From: an uncultured Gammaproteobacteria bacterium
GTDB taxonomy: Bacteria; Patescibacteriota; Microgenomatia; UBA8517
Length of the DNA: 64,000 nucleotides
Assembly (NCBI GenBank): GCA_964524515.1
Contig: CAZGEA010000001.1
Coordinates: 297,522-361,521, forward strand
Reading direction: 5' to 3'
This document shows positions 9,433 through 18,886 of the stretch, piece by piece (the stretch's first letter is position 1; each line of letters starts with the position of its first letter). The notes below the pieces were generated by a model, which saw nothing but the letters and a program-made list of their open reading frames with translations, was not told where the DNA came from and did no database searches. The position numbers were made by a program, and so were the translations under genes.

Positions 9433-11088
9433 ATGACTCCTGAAATAAAATTTAATGAAATAATAAATTCTCCCCAAGAAAGAATTCTGGACCTTTCAAG
9501 ACAAAAGGATAAAGTCAGAAACATCCCAGTTTGCCTTATTATTCCCCCATCAAGTTTCTTAGCTGACGAGAGAGTCTTTCCATTCTTGGGTATTTTAAAA
9601 GTTGCAGCACAATTGCGTGACAATGGAAACGAAGTTGATGTTATCGATTGTTCTGGATATGGAAACCCGGATGAAATAGTCAAAAAATACATTGACGAAC
9701 ACCCAAGTGTTAAAACATTTGGACTTACTGCAACAACTCCACAAATTGTTTCTTGTGGGAAAATCCTTCAACAAATAAGGGATAGCTCTCATGATTCAAA
9801 AGTAATACTCGGTGGAACACATGCAACACTTACACATGCAGGTTATTTACAAGAATTAAAAACTGGAACTGAGCGCGGTCGAGCAACTGTAGCCTTAAGC
9901 CAACTTAATGAATTATTCGACACAATAGTGGCAGGTGATGGCGAAATGTCGATTTTTTATGCAATCGATAATGAAAATAATCAAAAATTAATCGATGCTG
10001 GCAATTTAAGTTCCCCACTATTTATAAAACGTGGTGAATTAGACCAATACACTCCAGCCGCTAGAGAACTAATTGATCACGAAAGTTACAAATACTACAT
10101 TGATGGCAAAAGAGCAGCAAGTCTAATAGCTCAACTTGGCTGTCCCTTTGAATGTGGTTTTTGTGGTGGGCGAGATTCTCAATTTTTAAGAATGATAAGA
10201 ACCAGAACGATTCCAAATATAATCGATGAAATGGGTCAAATAATAGATTCATCGAAAAATTGGGAGGAACCAATTCGAGCTATTATGTTTTATGATGACG
10301 AACTCAATGTTTCACCTCAAAATCTTGAAAATCTTTGTAAAGCATTGATTGATTACCAAGCTGAGTCTGGTTTAGAACTTCGCTTTAGAGGTTTTGTAAA
10401 AGCTGAATTATTCACCCAAGAACAAGCAAACTTAATGTATAAAGCTGGTTTTAGAGAAGTTTTAAGTGGTGTTGAATCAGGATCAGATCTAATGCTTAAA
10501 GCTATGAGAAAACACACAAGTAGAGACATCAACTCAAGATGTGTTAAATATGCCCATAATGCTGGATTGAATTTTAAAGCATTAATGTCCTTAGGTCACC
10601 CTGGCGAATCATATGAAACAATACAAGAATCAATTGATTGGGTAAAAGATAATTTAAGAGTTGGAGATCAAGTTGATTGGACTGTTATCACAGTTTTCTT
10701 TGGCACTCCCTATTCTGATAGGGCAACATATATAAAAGAAGATGATGTTTGGGTTTATGAAACAAAAGTTTTAGACGATAAAACAAAAACTACAAAAATT
10801 CTTAAACTTTACAGTAAAAGAACCGATCAATTCCTTGACGCCCAATTTTACAAAGGTATTCCAGATGGCTACAAAGCATATGTTTGGACAGATTTCATTA
10901 CTCAAGATGAATTAGTCACTCAAAGAGGAAGAGCTGAAAATGAAACTCGCGCACACTTAAATCTACCCCACATTCAATCAGTTACAGAAATGCAATACGA
11001 ACACACAATGGGTATGCCTGGCAATAGCAATGAAGCGCTTCCATCAAAGATACTTCGATCCTCAAAAACCATCTACTCAGCAAATTAA
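9433..11088 (+). CDS. B12-binding domain radical SAM enzyme (class B radical SAM, putative sugar C-methyltransferase/modifier)
   Basis: The N-terminal region has a B12-binding-like Rossmann fold (IPVCLIIPP...VDVIDCSGYG). The CPFECGFC segment gives a CxxxCxxC radical SAM cluster motif. Total length is ~550 aa. Confidence 0.8.
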   Translation: MTPEIKFNEIINSPQERILDLSRQKDKVRNIPVCLIIPPSSFLADERVFPFLGILKVAAQLRDNGNEVDVIDCSGYGNPDEIVKKYIDEHPSVKTFGLTATTPQIVSCGKILQQIRDSSHDSKVILGGTHATLTHAGYLQELKTGTERGRATVALSQLNELFDTIVAGDGEMSIFYAIDNENNQKLIDAGNLSSPLFIKRGELDQYTPAARELIDHESYKYYIDGKRAASLIAQLGCPFECGFCGGRDSQFLRMIRTRTIPNIIDEMGQIIDSSKNWEEPIRAIMFYDDELNVSPQNLENLCKALIDYQAESGLELRFRGFVKAELFTQEQANLMYKAGFREVLSGVESGSDLMLKAMRKHTSRDINSRCVKYAHNAGLNFKALMSLGHPGESYETIQESIDWVKDNLRVGDQVDWTVITVFFGTPYSDRATYIKEDDVWVYETKVLDDKTKTTKILKLYSKRTDQFLDAQFYKGIPDGYKAYVWTDFITQDELVTQRGRAENETRAHLNLPHIQSVTEMQYEHTMGMPGNSNEALPSKILRSSKTIYSAN

Positions 11089-11089
11089 C

Positions 11090-12103
11090 TTAATTCATAA
11101 AATCTTTATTCAATCTAGTTAAAGAATCAAGATAAGAACCAACATTAATTCTCTCCATACAATATTTAAATATTTGATCATCATCCACTTTCCTAAATTT
11201 TTGAACAATACTTCTTTTTTTCAATATCTCACCAATATTTAGTATATTCCACCCGATTGATTTATAAATCACTACTATTTCTTTTAATTTAAATTTAAAT
11301 AAATAATAGACAACCAAAAAATTAAGTACCAATAAATGCATAAATAAAATTATTAACAAATTTAAAAAACTTAAATTCTTAATTAATGAAGAAATTCTAT
11401 TTTTAAATGAATGATAATTAACAGAAAAAGGATTCATTCGTTTTGCAGAATAAGCCAATTTATGATAAATAAAAGTATTAGGAAAATACAAAACTTTATT
11501 TCCCAATAACCAAACCTTCCAACAATAATCTGTCTCCTCAAAATATGATCCAAAAGTATCATCAAACAAACCAACTTTATCTATTATTGACTTACGAGTC
11601 ATCATACAAGCCCCCTTCGCAGAAAATATAATTTTCTCTTTACTAAATTCCACACTATCTTTCTTAAAAAACCCCCAATGCTGCAAAAAACCAATTCTTG
11701 TTAAGAAAGAACCACAATTATCAAGTTTCTTATTTGTGTCCATTAAATATATTTTGGGTTGGATTACACCAATATTTAAATCCGATTCCATTTTATTAAC
11801 TAAGATATTAAGTAAATCACTTTTTACAGTTGTGTCATTATTAAGTAGCAACACATATTTTCCCTTTGCTCTTTTGTAACCAATATTATTAGCTGGTGCA
11901 AATCCCAAATTACCATTATTTACAATTAACATTTCACCTCTAGATTGATCTACATATTTGTAACTTCCATCAGTTGATGCATTATCAACTACAATTAATT
12001 CATAATTTTGATATTTCAATTTTCTAATTGACTGCAAACACTTCTTAAAAACATCTCCACCATTCCAATTCACAATTATTATTGATACCTTTGCGATTTT
12101 CAT
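11090..12103 (-). CDS. GT2 glycosyltransferase
   Basis: VSIIIVNWNGGD...ELIVVDNASTDGS has the DxD region. Overall it resembles the rhamnosyltransferase/WcaA type. Confidence 0.8.
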   Translation of the reverse strand: MKIAKVSIIIVNWNGGDVFKKCLQSIRKLKYQNYELIVVDNASTDGSYKYVDQSRGEMLIVNNGNLGFAPANNIGYKRAKGKYVLLLNNDTTVKSDLLNILVNKMESDLNIGVIQPKIYLMDTNKKLDNCGSFLTRIGFLQHWGFFKKDSVEFSKEKIIFSAKGACMMTRKSIIDKVGLFDDTFGSYFEETDYCWKVWLLGNKVLYFPNTFIYHKLAYSAKRMNPFSVNYHSFKNRISSLIKNLSFLNLLIILFMHLLVLNFLVVYYLFKFKLKEIVVIYKSIGWNILNIGEILKKRSIVQKFRKVDDDQIFKYCMERINVGSYLDSLTRLNKDFMN

Positions 12104-12107
12104 ATAT

Positions 12108-13079
12108 TTGGATTACTATACACTAAACATGAAACAAAAAGCGACAAATCTTTCTTTTATAATACCAGCAAAAAATGAAGACGGCTCAATAAAAATTTTG
12201 ATCAACGAAATTTTAAAGGTTACAAAAACTCTTAAAAAAAGTTACGAAATAATCGTAATTGATGATGGCTCAACGGACAAAACATACGAAGAAGTACTTA
12301 AAATACACAAGAAAAATAAAAAAATAAAAATAATTAAACTAAGAGGAAATTGGGGAAAATCAACTGCATTGCAAATTGGTTTTGGTTATGCAAAAGGTGA
12401 AATCGTATTTACAATGGATGCAGATCTTCAGGACAATCCGAAGGAAATTCCAAATTTTATTAAAAAAATAAACGAAGGCTATGATTTAGTTAGCGGATGG
12501 AAAAAAAATCGACACGATCCAATATCTAAAGTTATACCATCTAGAATTTTAAATAATATTCTAATACCATTTGCGACCGGTGTTAAATTGCACGATAACA
12601 ATTGTGGTTTTAAAGCATATAAAGCAGAAGTAATTAATAATTTAAACTTATATGGTGAACTTTATAGATTTATTCCAATCCTAGCATCAAAACAAAATTT
12701 TAAGATTACAGAAATTGTAGTAGATCATAGACAAAGAAAATACGGAAAAAGTAAATTTGGATGGGAAAGAAACCTAAAAGGATTTCTTGACTTAATAACA
12801 ATCGTTTTCTTGACAGGATATTCAAAAAGACCAGCACATTTTTTTGGAACAATTGGTGTGCTATCATTTCTGCCAGGATTTTTTATTGGAACATATTTAA
12901 CATATCTAAGAATTACGACAGGTGGAATAGAGTTTCACTTACCACTATTAATTTTAGGTCTACTACTTATGATGATCGGTGTTCAACTAATTACAACTGG
13001 TTTAGTTGCAGAGATGATTACAAATTACAGTCTTGCTTCAAAAGATTTAAATAAAATTATAAAAATAAAAAATATTTAA
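12108..13079 (+). CDS. polyprenol-phosphate sugar synthase (GtrB/ArnC/DPM1-type GT2 with C-terminal TM helices)
   Basis: LSFIIPAKNEDGSI...IIVIDDGSTDKT...DADLQDNP...SGWKKNRHD is the canonical GtrB/ArnC signature. Two C-terminal TM helices follow. The ORF opens with TTG at 12108; an ATG at 12129 (MKQKATN) is the more likely start. Confidence 0.85.
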   Translation: MDYYTLNMKQKATNLSFIIPAKNEDGSIKILINEILKVTKTLKKSYEIIVIDDGSTDKTYEEVLKIHKKNKKIKIIKLRGNWGKSTALQIGFGYAKGEIVFTMDADLQDNPKEIPNFIKKINEGYDLVSGWKKNRHDPISKVIPSRILNNILIPFATGVKLHDNNCGFKAYKAEVINNLNLYGELYRFIPILASKQNFKITEIVVDHRQRKYGKSKFGWERNLKGFLDLITIVFLTGYSKRPAHFFGTIGVLSFLPGFFIGTYLTYLRITTGGIEFHLPLLILGLLLMMIGVQLITTGLVAEMITNYSLASKDLNKIIKIKNI

Positions 13080-14101
13080 TTAATATTTCCCTTTATTATT
13101 TTTTTAATCAAATTTCGCCCATTTGCTTGAGACAAAAACAAATAAATAATGTAATCTGTTAGTAATAAATTAGTTGGCAATTCATAAAATCCAGCAAAAT
13201 CTTGATATTTAATTGTTTTATACAAACCAACAAAAAAACTTGGGAATAACAAATTCACATAAATTACCCAAAAAACTAACTTTAAAATATCAAATGGATT
13301 CTTGAAATCTATATAATTAAATTTTCTCTTTCCTACAACAGGTAAATAAGTAACTGAAACATCTCTTTTTTGTCTTTTAAGTTCATGTAAAAGATCACTT
13401 CTTTTATGAAAAAACCCTGCGTCTTCAACATATGCGAATCTATTAAACCCAATCTCAGACATTTGTATAGGAATTGCAATATCAACATAATTAAAAGTAT
13501 CAGGATTTTTAATTACCTTTTTCAATAAATTCATTCTATATACACACATACCTACAGGTGGACATTTCTTAGAATTAATTAAAAAAACTTTATAATCTTT
13601 ATTTTCTTCAACTGCTAAACTTTCAATTGTAGGTAACAAAAATGATAACATTGACCACAATTGCAATGAATTCCATGATAAATACCTATTAAAAGCTGAT
13701 TGCCTATCGCTCGGCATGTATCTTGTTGTTGATCCCGCAATTGTCTCATCACTTAAAAGTGGTTTTATAACGTTCTTAATCCAATTTTTAGATACTAATT
13801 CTGCATCAGAATCTAAATATAAAAAATATTCACCAGTAGCTTTTTTAAAACCAAAAGTTTTCGCAGGTTCTGCAAGTTTTTTAATATTTTTTACATAACG
13901 CACTGGATACTTACCGACAACTTGCTTAGTATTATCATCTGTTGCAATTGAATCGACAACAATAACTTCTATCTTATTTTTAGGATAATTTTGTTTATAA
14001 ATTGATTTTAAACAATCCTCAATGTAACTTGCAGAATTATAAGTCGGCACAACAATGCTAACTTTGGGGAATTTATTTACTTTCTTTCTCATATCTCTCA
14101 T
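13076..14101 (-). CDS. GT2 glycosyltransferase
   Basis: VSIVVPTYNSASYIEDCL...IEVIVVDSIATDDNT is followed by a DSDAEL segment carrying the DxD motif. Confidence 0.75.
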   Translation of the reverse strand: MRDMRKKVNKFPKVSIVVPTYNSASYIEDCLKSIYKQNYPKNKIEVIVVDSIATDDNTKQVVGKYPVRYVKNIKKLAEPAKTFGFKKATGEYFLYLDSDAELVSKNWIKNVIKPLLSDETIAGSTTRYMPSDRQSAFNRYLSWNSLQLWSMLSFLLPTIESLAVEENKDYKVFLINSKKCPPVGMCVYRMNLLKKVIKNPDTFNYVDIAIPIQMSEIGFNRFAYVEDAGFFHKRSDLLHELKRQKRDVSVTYLPVVGKRKFNYIDFKNPFDILKLVFWVIYVNLLFPSFFVGLYKTIKYQDFAGFYELPTNLLLTDYIIYLFLSQANGRNLIKKIIKGNIN

Positions 14102-14170
14102 TTTCCTTAATAATAAATTTAGTCAATCCTATATCTTATGTATACCTACTCACTTTCGATACACTTTAGC

Positions 14171-14192
14171 AATTTCGGCTAATCCCGAAATT
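14171..14192. promoter_or_regulatory. perfect 8-bp inverted repeat (aatttcgg-N6-ccgaaatt) in the only sizeable intergenic gap
   Basis: Seen directly in the sequence. A T-rich tract follows on the plus strand. The gap lies between two minus-strand genes. Confidence 0.3.
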
Positions 14193-14221
14193 CCTACATT
14201 TTCTTTTTTATTTATCATAAA

Positions 14222-16318
14222 TTACAAAATATAAAATACCTTAAAATGTTTAATGTATTTCAAACATGTGTCAATAGGATTTAAGAATAAATTAATGTAT
14301 CTTGCCTCTTGCCCTACAAAAGGTTCAACAAAATTCCCATTTTTCGGCTGTTCACCAAGATATGAAATTCTCCAATCCTCTGGTAGTGCTGACTTAATTC
14401 TTGTCCAATTCTTATCATCAATAGAAGTCTCATCATATCCTACCAATAAAGGTTTACACTTGACCTTTGTATCGTAATTAATTTCAAGACGCCATAATTT
14501 ATAAATATCGCCTAAATCAAATTTAATTCCATAGTCAGTAAATTTATAATTCGGATCAGAAACCACGCGCTCAACAATACCTTTTTTCAAATATTTTTTA
14601 TCATTTTTCCAAACATTCAATACTGAAACATTATCAACTTTTTCTGAATATACCGGATTAACATATTTATCTAAATATGTATCGTAATATGATCTTTGAT
14701 CCGTGCCATCATAAACTAAAGTGATTGCATACTCACCATTATTTAAATAACCACTTCGATTGGCATTATGAAAATTAATATCAGGCCTAACCCACAATCT
14801 TGGAATATTTGGAATAAGTTCATAAACTAATGACAAATTTGCCCCATATTCAGCATTTTTATTTATCCAAGAAATTCCATATCTATATGGAGCTCCAAGT
14901 GTAAAACCCCAATAAGGAAATTGATTCTCCTTTGCTCCAGACAATCCACCGATTAATTCATTAAAATATTGATTCTCATTTGGATGAATTTGAATCATTT
15001 TTCCAATAAACATATATAATCCAAAACTTAACACTACTAAAAATATAATTTTAGTAACATGTGATCTCATCAAATGAAAAATGAAAGCAGCTCCAATACC
15101 GGCCAAAATTGCAATTGGCGGTATAAATTCCATAATCTGTCTAATACCTCCATATATTGAAGCTCCCTTCCAAACAACTCTAATAATCGGAACTAAAAAC
15201 CATATCAATATTAAAAAGGTTGTAAAATTTTTATCCTTCTTAAAATTCAATAAAAAATATATAAAACCAAAAACTAAAAAAACTAAAATTACTAATGGTG
15301 TTGTGTATAATATCCACTGAATAGGATAAGTTGTAGTTCCAAACGGGCCAAGAAATCTACTCTCAACAATTCCTCCTGTACCAATTGTTTTATAGAAACC
15401 AAAAACTCTTTGAATTTTAGATATTGGATCTGCCCACAAATATGGCCAACTTCCAACAAAAATAAAAATACCAACTAGAAAAGCAAAAACAGAAGAAAAA
15501 ATATACTTAAGAGATTTAAAATACGAAAAATATTCACTTCTATTCACTATTATAAAAATAAGAAACCAAGGCAAAATAACAAATGGAATAAATAAAATAT
15601 TAAATTTAGTTCCCAACGCTAAACCAAAAAACAATCCAGATAAAATAATCCATTTTAAATTTTTATAAACAGTTCCTTTCCAAACAGAAAATATCATAAA
15701 CGCCCAAAATACTGTCTCAGGTATATCTTTCTCGGTATTAAAATGTGATTCTGACCAAAACAAAGGATAACTAGCAAGAAATAAAGCAGCCATTAAACCT
15801 GCAAATCTACCATAAACCTTAGATATCCAATAATAAATCAATCCAACTAAACAAGAAGATAAAAAAACTCCATACAAACGATATGAATCAATATCATTAA
15901 CAATTCTAAGCTTTGCAAAAAATATTCTATTAAATACAGAAGATAAAATATCAGATAATGGAGGATGTCCATCACCATCGATTCTTAAAAAAAAGTCCAA
16001 ATTTTGATCAGTTATTTGATAAACACTCCGAGTAGGAACTTTTTCTTTTGGAATATTTGCATCAATTGCCAAACTATCAGGATTTTGCCAATACCATTCA
16101 TTTTTATTTTCATGATTTTCAAAATACTTTGGAAGATCCAGGTAATCTCTTCTACCTGTTAAAAAATAATGTAGATACGATTGTCCACGAGGAAGATGAT
16201 TAATTGTATCCCAATTAATTCCATAATGAGTTAATGTAAAAGTAAGACCTAAAAAGTATAAAAATCCTAAAAGAAAAGATACAACTAAATCCTTATTTAC
16301 TTTATTATAAAATTGCAT
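14222..16318 (-). CDS. multi-pass membrane protein, putative GT-C-type glycosyltransferase with C-terminal discoidin-like domain
   Basis: 698 aa. The N-terminal ~480 aa form a polytopic membrane region. The C-terminus carries YDETSIDDKNW...EARYINLF, a discoidin-type signature. Confidence 0.5.
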   Translation of the reverse strand: MQFYNKVNKDLVVSFLLGFLYFLGLTFTLTHYGINWDTINHLPRGQSYLHYFLTGRRDYLDLPKYFENHENKNEWYWQNPDSLAIDANIPKEKVPTRSVYQITDQNLDFFLRIDGDGHPPLSDILSSVFNRIFFAKLRIVNDIDSYRLYGVFLSSCLVGLIYYWISKVYGRFAGLMAALFLASYPLFWSESHFNTEKDIPETVFWAFMIFSVWKGTVYKNLKWIILSGLFFGLALGTKFNILFIPFVILPWFLIFIIVNRSEYFSYFKSLKYIFSSVFAFLVGIFIFVGSWPYLWADPISKIQRVFGFYKTIGTGGIVESRFLGPFGTTTYPIQWILYTTPLVILVFLVFGFIYFLLNFKKDKNFTTFLILIWFLVPIIRVVWKGASIYGGIRQIMEFIPPIAILAGIGAAFIFHLMRSHVTKIIFLVVLSFGLYMFIGKMIQIHPNENQYFNELIGGLSGAKENQFPYWGFTLGAPYRYGISWINKNAEYGANLSLVYELIPNIPRLWVRPDINFHNANRSGYLNNGEYAITLVYDGTDQRSYYDTYLDKYVNPVYSEKVDNVSVLNVWKNDKKYLKKGIVERVVSDPNYKFTDYGIKFDLGDIYKLWRLEINYDTKVKCKPLLVGYDETSIDDKNWTRIKSALPEDWRISYLGEQPKNGNFVEPFVGQEARYINLFLNPIDTCLKYIKHFKVFYIL

Positions 16319-16346
16319 GCGCTCTATTCTCTCACTCTATTTATCA

Positions 16347-17771
16347 TCAATCAATATTTTTTAATTTAAAAGTCTTAATAAGTTTAGATAAAATCTTAAA
16401 TATTCCTTTTCTGTTAACATTAACAACATGAATTTTCAAATTTTCAAGTTCTTTTATTACCAAATTTTCATCAACTCCATTACTTTGAGTTATAAAAATT
16501 TTCTTATCCCTTGTCTTTGACATTAATGCTTTTTCCTTTTTATTAAACAGTATTTCTCTCAGTTTTTCTCCTTTTCTTATTCCCGTATATTTTATTTCTA
16601 TATCTTTTCCTGGAATTAAACCTGAAAGTCTAATAATATTCTCTGCTAAATCAACAATCTTAACTGGCTCTCCCATATCTAAAACAAAAAGCTCACCACC
16701 TTCACCCATCGCACCCGCCTTTAGAATAAGTTGAGCTGCTTCAGGTATTGTCATAAAATATCTAACCATTCGTGGATCAGTAATAGTCAGTGGACCACCC
16801 ATATCAATCTGCTTTCTGAAAGTTGGCACAACACTTCCATAACTATCCAGAACATTACCAAATCTAACTGTAACAAATTTTGTTTTTCTCTTTTTATTAA
16901 AGTGTCTTGCGATCGCCTCAGTCAAAAGTTTTGTTGCACCCATCACACTCTTTGGATTTGCTGCCTTATCTGTCGAAATTAGAACAAACTTCTTAACTTT
17001 ATATTTAAATGCTGTTTTTACAACATTGTATGTTCCAAAAACATTATTTCTAACTGCCTCTTCTGGAAACTCCTCCATCAATGGGACATGTTTATAAGCT
17101 GCAGCGTGATAAACAAAGTCAGGCTTATATTTTTGAAACAAATCACTTAATTTTTTCTCATCATGAATATTACCAATAACACAATTAATCGTATTTTTTG
17201 GAAAATTATGTCTTAATTCAGAATCCAATTCAAACACTCCATTTTCCCACCAATCAAAAAGAATTAAACTTTTAGGATTATATGCAGCAATCTGTCTTGA
17301 TAATTCAGAACCAATTGACCCAGCCGCTCCAGTAACAAAAACCTTTTTATCTTTAAAAAATTCCTTTAACTCTTCAACATCACTTTTAACAACTGGCCTT
17401 CCTAACAAATCTTCAACTTGAACTTTTCTAATTGTTCTAATATGCGCCTTTCCTTCAATTATTTCCCTTACACGAGGTACAATACGAACATCAACACGTG
17501 CCAAATTGCATACTTTTAAATACTCTGAAATTCTTTCACCTTCAGCTGATGGAATAGCAATTATTACTTCATCAATCTTCCATTTATTAATTATGTCAAT
17601 CAATTGATTTTGTGTTCCCAAGACTTTAACACCTAATATATAATTTCCAATTTTATCCTTATCGTCGTCAACAAAACCGACGACCTTAAAATCCAATGAT
17701 TTATCCTTATTAATCTCATTCAAAACATCGCATCCTGCTACTCCAGCACCAATAATAATTATATTTTTCAT
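16347..17771 (-). CDS. CapD/PglF/WbpM-family nucleotide-sugar 4,6-dehydratase (soluble form)
   Basis: The N-terminal Rossmann motif IIIIGAGVAGCDV is followed by a second one, VFVTGAAGSIGSEL. The domain order is typical of Polysacc_synt_2 proteins. The N-terminal TM region is absent. Confidence 0.8.
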   Translation of the reverse strand: MKNIIIIGAGVAGCDVLNEINKDKSLDFKVVGFVDDDKDKIGNYILGVKVLGTQNQLIDIINKWKIDEVIIAIPSAEGERISEYLKVCNLARVDVRIVPRVREIIEGKAHIRTIRKVQVEDLLGRPVVKSDVEELKEFFKDKKVFVTGAAGSIGSELSRQIAAYNPKSLILFDWWENGVFELDSELRHNFPKNTINCVIGNIHDEKKLSDLFQKYKPDFVYHAAAYKHVPLMEEFPEEAVRNNVFGTYNVVKTAFKYKVKKFVLISTDKAANPKSVMGATKLLTEAIARHFNKKRKTKFVTVRFGNVLDSYGSVVPTFRKQIDMGGPLTITDPRMVRYFMTIPEAAQLILKAGAMGEGGELFVLDMGEPVKIVDLAENIIRLSGLIPGKDIEIKYTGIRKGEKLREILFNKKEKALMSKTRDKKIFITQSNGVDENLVIKELENLKIHVVNVNRKGIFKILSKLIKTFKLKNID

Positions 17772-18886
17772 ATTGTTTTTAAATATATCTCAATAGCTCT
17801 CTTTTGATCAAAGTCAGAAGAAAATTTTTTAAAATTTCCAAATTTATACTTATTTAATATCACATTATTCATAATTTTAGAAAGAGCAAAAATATTTCCT
17901 CTCTCAAATGAAAATCCAACATTATATTTGTCAATAATTCGCTTACAATCTCCAACATCGCTTGCAATTATTGGTAATTTAAATCTTGATGCCTCAATCA
18001 TAACTAATGGTAAACTTTCATTTCTTGATGGAATTATCAAATAATCACAAATACTCATGTATTTACTAATTTCCTTTTCATTCAACCTTCCCAACATTTC
18101 AACACTATTTTGCAAGCCATTTTTTAATATAAATTTTTTCAAATCACTCTCCATATTTCCATCACCACCAATAAATAATTTATACTTTTTTTGATTAAGT
18201 AAAACACAAGCATTAAGCAAAATATCAACACCTTTTACTTTTTCTAATCTCCCCAAAAATAAAAATTTTACTTTTCCACTCTTTTTATTTGATTTAATAT
18301 TTTTTGAATCTAGATTTGTTATTGCTGGTAAAAAAATAGCGTTACGACCAACAAATTTTTTAACTTTATCATCCAATGAATAACTATTTACAAATACATT
18401 TTGTGCATTCATTAAGGAAAGATACATTAATTGTCTAATAATCGGATATCTGACGTACTTATTTAAATCCGACCCAAGACACCATATTGAATATTTATGC
18501 CCTGTAAAAATAAAAGAAATATAAGCAAATATACCAGAAGGCACTGCCCATGCTGCAAGGATGACATCAGGCTTTAATAACTTAACATGATTAATCGAAT
18601 AAACACTACCTTGATATAACAAAACAAAAAATCTAATAATCGAAAATGGAGAAGTTATTTTCCAATCACCAAGTTTTTTTCCATCACCACTCCACGGGAA
18701 CCAATTGACAGAAAAATTTTTATATTTTTCTTTGTTTCCAGGAAAAAATGGCGTTACAATCTCGATATTAGCTTTTCTTGAAAGAGAAATACAAAAATCA
18801 TAAAGAAAGGTTCCAGCATCCTTTCTTTCAAACGAGGTTGATGGGAAATTATGTGTAAATAATAATATTTTATTTTTCTTCTTCAA
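17768..18886 (-). CDS. GT4 (group 1) glycosyltransferase
   Basis: The C-terminal IIPSRNESLPLVMIEASRFKLPIIASDVG is an EX7E-type motif. Confidence 0.7.
   Translation of the reverse strand: MKKKNKILLFTHNFPSTSFERKDAGTFLYDFCISLSRKANIEIVTPFFPGNKEKYKNFSVNWFPWSGDGKKLGDWKITSPFSIIRFFVLLYQGSVYSINHVKLLKPDVILAAWAVPSGIFAYISFIFTGHKYSIWCLGSDLNKYVRYPIIRQLMYLSLMNAQNVFVNSYSLDDKVKKFVGRNAIFLPAITNLDSKNIKSNKKSGKVKFLFLGRLEKVKGVDILLNACVLLNQKKYKLFIGGDGNMESDLKKFILKNGLQNSVEMLGRLNEKEISKYMSICDYLIIPSRNESLPLVMIEASRFKLPIIASDVGDCKRIIDKYNVGFSFERGNIFALSKIMNNVILNKYKFGNFKKFSSDFDQKRAIEIYLKTI

Noticed and set aside
9408-9692. 94-aa minus-strand ORF overlapping the start of the radical SAM gene
   Set aside because: It is antisense to a strongly supported CDS, and no motif is present.
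14171-14215. Hairpin plus T-tract as the rho-independent terminator of the upstream minus-strand gene 14222-16318
   Set aside because: The T-tract follows the stem on the plus strand only. On the minus strand the stem is followed by GC-containing, non-U-rich sequence, so the orientation does not fit that gene.
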